Origin: the human T2T-CHM13v2.0 reference genome, Homo sapiens
Length of the DNA: 64,000 bases
Direction: 5' to 3' (one strand)
NCBI RefSeq assembly: GCF_009914755.1
Contig: NC_060937.1
Part shown: piece after piece, positions 58,929 through 64,000 of the stretch
Layout: each line of letters starts with the position of its first letter
Numbering within the stretch: position 1 is the first letter of the stretch
Position numbers and translations under genes: made by a program
The notes under the pieces: model-generated
The model's input: the letters and a program-made list of their open reading frames with translations, nothing else
Told to the model about the DNA's origin: nothing
Database searches by the model: none

Positions 58929-59325
58929 TTTTGTTTGTTTGTTTGTTTTTTTGAGACAGAGTCTCGCTCTGTCACCCAGGCTGTAGTGCAGTGCAAGCTC
59001 CGCCTCCCGGGTTCACGCCATTCTCCTGCCTCAGCCTCCCAAGTAGCTGGGACCACAGGTGCCTGTCGCCACGCCCAGCTAGTTTTTTCTCTTTTTTTTT
59101 TGTATTTTTAGTAGAGACAGCGTTTCACCGTGTTAGCCAGGATGGTCTCCATCTCCTGACCTCGTGATCTGCCCACCTCAGCCTCCCAAAGTGCTGGGAT
59201 TATGGGAGTAAGCCACTGCACCCGGCCTATCTTTTTTTTTTCTTTTTTAAGAGATAGGGTCTTATTATGTTCCCCAGGCTGGTCTCAAATTCCTGAACTC
59301 AAGTGATTATCCCACCTCAGCCTCT
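58929..59325 (-). mobile_element. AluY plus adjacent Alu fragment
   Basis: Antisense Alus in tandem. Confidence 0.85.
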
Positions 59326-59377
59326 TAACTTTTAATTTTATTATTTAAAAACTTGTATTGAAGTATAGCATACACTA

Positions 59378-59540
59378 TCTGGACATGGTGGCACAGGCCT
59401 CTAGTCTCAGCTACTCAGGAGGCTGAGGTGGGAGGATTGCTTGAGCCTGAGAGATGGAGGTTGCAGTGAGTTGGGATCATGCCACTGCACTTCAGCCTGG
59501 GCAACAAAGCAAGACCCTGTCTCAGGAAAAAAAAAAAAAA
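59378..59540 (+). mobile_element. Alu monomer (FRAM-like)
   Basis: TSD tgaagtatagcatac. Confidence 0.85.
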
Positions 59541-60144
59541 GGTGAAGTATAGCATACATACATATACAGAAAATGGGACAAATAAAAATTGTAAATGCAA
59601 TGAATTATCACAAAATAAATACACCTGTGTAACCTCCACTCAGGTCAGAAATAGAACATTATCAGCATCCCAGAGGCTCCACTTCCCCAACTCCAGCCCA
59701 AGTGCCCCTAATTGCCATTGTGCATCACAAAATGAGTCACACTTTAAAAAATAATTTCTTTTATTTTTTGACTGTCAGTAGTAGTTTGTTGATCCTAAGT
59801 TGCTTGACTCAATTTCATATTCAATTTAAAATATATCTAAAGTATACTTTGATATAAAGTTTGTTATTCCTTGATATTCTAAAGATGTTATGCATATGAG
59901 ACAATAAATTTTGGCTTTTCAGATTTTTAACAAGAATCCTGACATAGTTTTGGCTTCTATCTTCATTTCCTAACATTTTTCTATTAACAGTTAAAAGATG
60001 TCAAGTTGATTTCCATACTTTGGGAGACTAATAGGTTATCTTAGTGAAGCAGGATTACGAGTTTAATTAAATTTCACTGTATGAAAATCATGTGTAGAAC
60101 AATTAAAATACTTACTAATTGAGTAATAGATGTCCTGGATTCTT

Positions 60145-60225
60145 GCTACTCCAAGTGTTGTTTGTGGGTCAGCAGTTTCCACTTGTTAGAAATGCAGAAT
60201 CACAGGCCCCAGCCAGGCCCCAGAT
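60145..60225. mobile_element. MER5A-like DNA transposon fragment
   Basis: gctactccaagtgt...cttgttagaaatgcagaatcacaggcccc. Confidence 0.55.
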
Positions 60226-60248
60226 CTCTTTCTCTTTCTGCTTCTTTC

Positions 60249-60869
<621 letters not shown>

Positions 60870-60939
60870 TGACTCAGGCAAAGCAAGAATCATTAATTGA
60901 TGTTAAATCCATGATATAAAAGTTCATTAAGTGCAACAG

Positions 60940-61465
60940 TTATGTATTGTGGCCTAACTATTTAGCAACTGGAAACAACAAACATTAATCAACTCATAGT
61001 TTCCAAGGGTCCAGGTTATCGTGGAGCAGCTTAGGGAATTACTGCTGGCTCAAGGTCTCTCCCCATGAAATTATAGTTAAACTGTTGGCCGGGGCCAAAG
61101 TCGCTGCAAAACATGACTGGAGCGGAGTGATTTGCTTCCAAGTTCACTTGTGCTTCTTGGCAGGCCTCAGTTCTCTGAGGGCTTTTGGACTAAGGGCCTC
61201 AGATTTGCTACACTATGTAGACCGCTCCATAGAGGTACATCAATCTTGCTTCCACCAGCACAAGTGTGAGAAGGAGAAACACAGGCCGAGCCAGAAACAA
61301 CAGTATTTTTATAACCTAATATTGGAAGTGACAATCCCACCACTTCTGTTGTATTCTACTTGTTAGAAGAGTTGATAGATCTGGTCCACATTCAAGGGGA
61401 GATTACAGCAGCAGATGAATGCCAGCAGTGGGCATCACTGGGGTCCTCTCAGAAGCTGCCTAGCC
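60940..61465 (-). mobile_element. Old MLT1-type MaLR LTR
   Basis: ggctcaaggtctctcccatg...ttggaagtgaca...ctgttgtattct...agaagctgccta motifs. Confidence 0.55.
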
Positions 61466-61569
61466 CAATGAGGAACCAATGTTTATATGATGCCAAAGTA
61501 TTACCCTACAGATTTCATACTAATTATTAAGGAGAACATGTACTAGTATCATTATATTAGTGACCATAC

Positions 61570-62193
61570 TGTCAAAGATAAACACAGCTGGACCATTAGT
61601 TAAAGTGGTGAAAACAGATTTTATTTAGTGATCTGACAGTAGCAGAAAGAGCGTAGCTCCTTTCTGATTTTTACAGCAGTGATTTGGGTGTTTTAAAGGG
61701 AGGATGAGAGAGCGGAGAGTGCAGGGACTCAGCAGAGTCAGAGAAGTGAAATAGTACAAAGGGTTGGTCAATGTGATGTGCTTAGGCCAGCTGAGTCTAC
61801 TAGCTGCTAGTTATCTAAGATAGGATTCCCAGAGACGGGGAGATAGAGGGCCTATCCTTCCTGGTGATTGTATTTCAAAGGACTAACTTTCAGGTCCTTG
61901 AGAGAGATGCTTCTGAGTTGCAAGAGATACACAATAACAATTGCAAACCCTTTATAACAAATCCTCTAAGAAATGGAGGTCATGGGCCTATTGTCAAATG
62001 TGTGTTGGCTAGAACAAATAGTACATTTTCCTGGCAACGTTGAGCTTTCTCAGGCAGGCATTTTACGAGGGGGCTGGGGGTCATCCTAGGGACACAGCCT
62101 CATGCTGCTAGGTTCCGTGCTAGAGTTTGGTCAAGTCTCTTAGTGCAGAGGTTTGTATGCAGTTGTCATGTACCAAGAGTTCTGCAGTTCTCA
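61570..62193 (-). mobile_element. ERV1 solo LTR (MER66-like)
   Basis: tgtcaaag...gcagttctca termini, near-TSD atac/aaac. Confidence 0.6.
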
Positions 62194-62326
62194 AAACTTA
62201 GTATTACTAATAGTGGAACCTCTTCATGTGATGCAATTTGAATATCACATCACCTAAAAGATAGTCTTGCCAGGTGTGTTTAATCTGAATTTCATTAGTT
62301 TTAAACTTAATTTTACTTTATAGGAC

Positions 62327-63030
<704 letters not shown>

Positions 63031-63190
63031 AGTATATTGATTTAACCAAATACATTAAATTAAGTGGATGGATGAAAGTTACCAATATCATAAGGAAATA
63101 GCCAGACAAATCCAGAATGTAGGTCATTCTACAAAACAACTTTGTTGGACTCGAAAAAGTCAATGTCATGTGGGAAAAAAAGGTACGGGG

Positions 63191-63553
63191 ATGTTATGCT
63201 TCGAATGTGTCCCCCAAATTTCATGTGTTGGAAACCTAATTCCCAAATTCATCTGTTGATTGCATTTGGAGGTAGGGTGTTTGAGGGGTAATTGGGATTA
63301 GATAAGGTTATCAGGTTGGGATCCCCATGATGGGACTGGTGGCTTTATATGAAGAGGAAGAGAGACCTGAGCTATACGCTCTTGTTCTCTATGTGATGCC
63401 TTCCACCATGTTGTGACACAGCAGGAAGGCCCTCACCAGATGCCAGTGCCAGTCCCTTCAACTTTCCAGCCTGCAGAACTATAACAAATAATGTGTTTTC
63501 ATAAATTACTCATTCTCAGATAGTCTGTTATAGTAATAGAAAACAGACTAAGG
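63191..63553 (+). mobile_element. MST/MLT1A-like MaLR LTR
   Basis: gaatgtgtcccccaaatttcatgtgttggaaacctaa...aaacagactaag. Confidence 0.75.
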
Positions 63554-63924
63554 GTATTAATCTAGAATCTAAACAGACATTCAAATGCAATGTGTGAATC
63601 TTAGTTGGATCCTGAATTAGACAAAACAAAAACAGCTAAAAAAGACATATTGGGGAAAAACTGAAGAAATTTTAATATATAAGAGCTATTAGGTCTGTTA
63701 TATGATTGTTAATTTTATTAGGTGTGATAATGGTGTTGGTTTTGTAGGAGAATGTCCTTATTCTTAGGAGATGCATTCTGAAATATTTTGCTGAGGTCTG
63801 CAATTAACTCTTCAATCATCCAACCACCACCACAGAAGTGTGTGTGTGTGCAGACAGAAAAAAGCCAAATGCAGCAAAATGGGAATAGTAGTTGAATCTA
63901 GAGTACACAGTGTTGATTGAAATA

Positions 63925-64000
63925 TTAATTTTTAATTTTTGTGGGTACATAGTAGGTATATATATTTATGGGGCACATGACATTTTGATACACACAGGCA
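63925..64000 (-). mobile_element. L1MA/L1PB-like 3' end, runs off the window
   Basis: tttttgtgggtacatagtaggtatatatatttatgggg. Confidence 0.7.

Overview
Primate (almost certainly human) genomic DNA, very repeat-rich. It holds one intact protein-coding gene: intronless KBTBD7 (BTB-BACK-Kelch CUL3 adaptor, 684 aa, minus strand, 49334-51388) with a CpG-island promoter and an AT-rich 3' UTR. Three retrocopies are present, all on the minus strand: a disabled CALM2 copy (~27721-28364), a disabled MORF4L1/MRG15 copy (~56940-57920) and a U13/SNORD13 copy (37114-37220). The rest is mostly ~46 Alu copies or fragments, old L1M segments and many LTR elements. The largest structure is a ~15 kb two-LTR degenerate provirus (6351-~21513) with an Arg-tRNA-like PBS, a PPT and gag/pro/RNase H fossils that look class-III-like. 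At least five other LTR elements are nested inside it, including a near-intact HERV-H LTR7Y-type solo LTR with a perfect 5-bp TSD. Nearly all short ORFs in the track are Alu/L1/LTR artefacts. I found no convincing novel multi-gene system; the best leads are structural (nested ERV, templated junction insertions, 3'-truncated retrocopies) and regulatory (LTR7Y; KBTBD7 upstream CUG, ARE/splice-donor site, second LIR). Repeat subfamily names and pseudogene symbols come from recalled sequences, not a database search, and many repeat boundaries are approximate.
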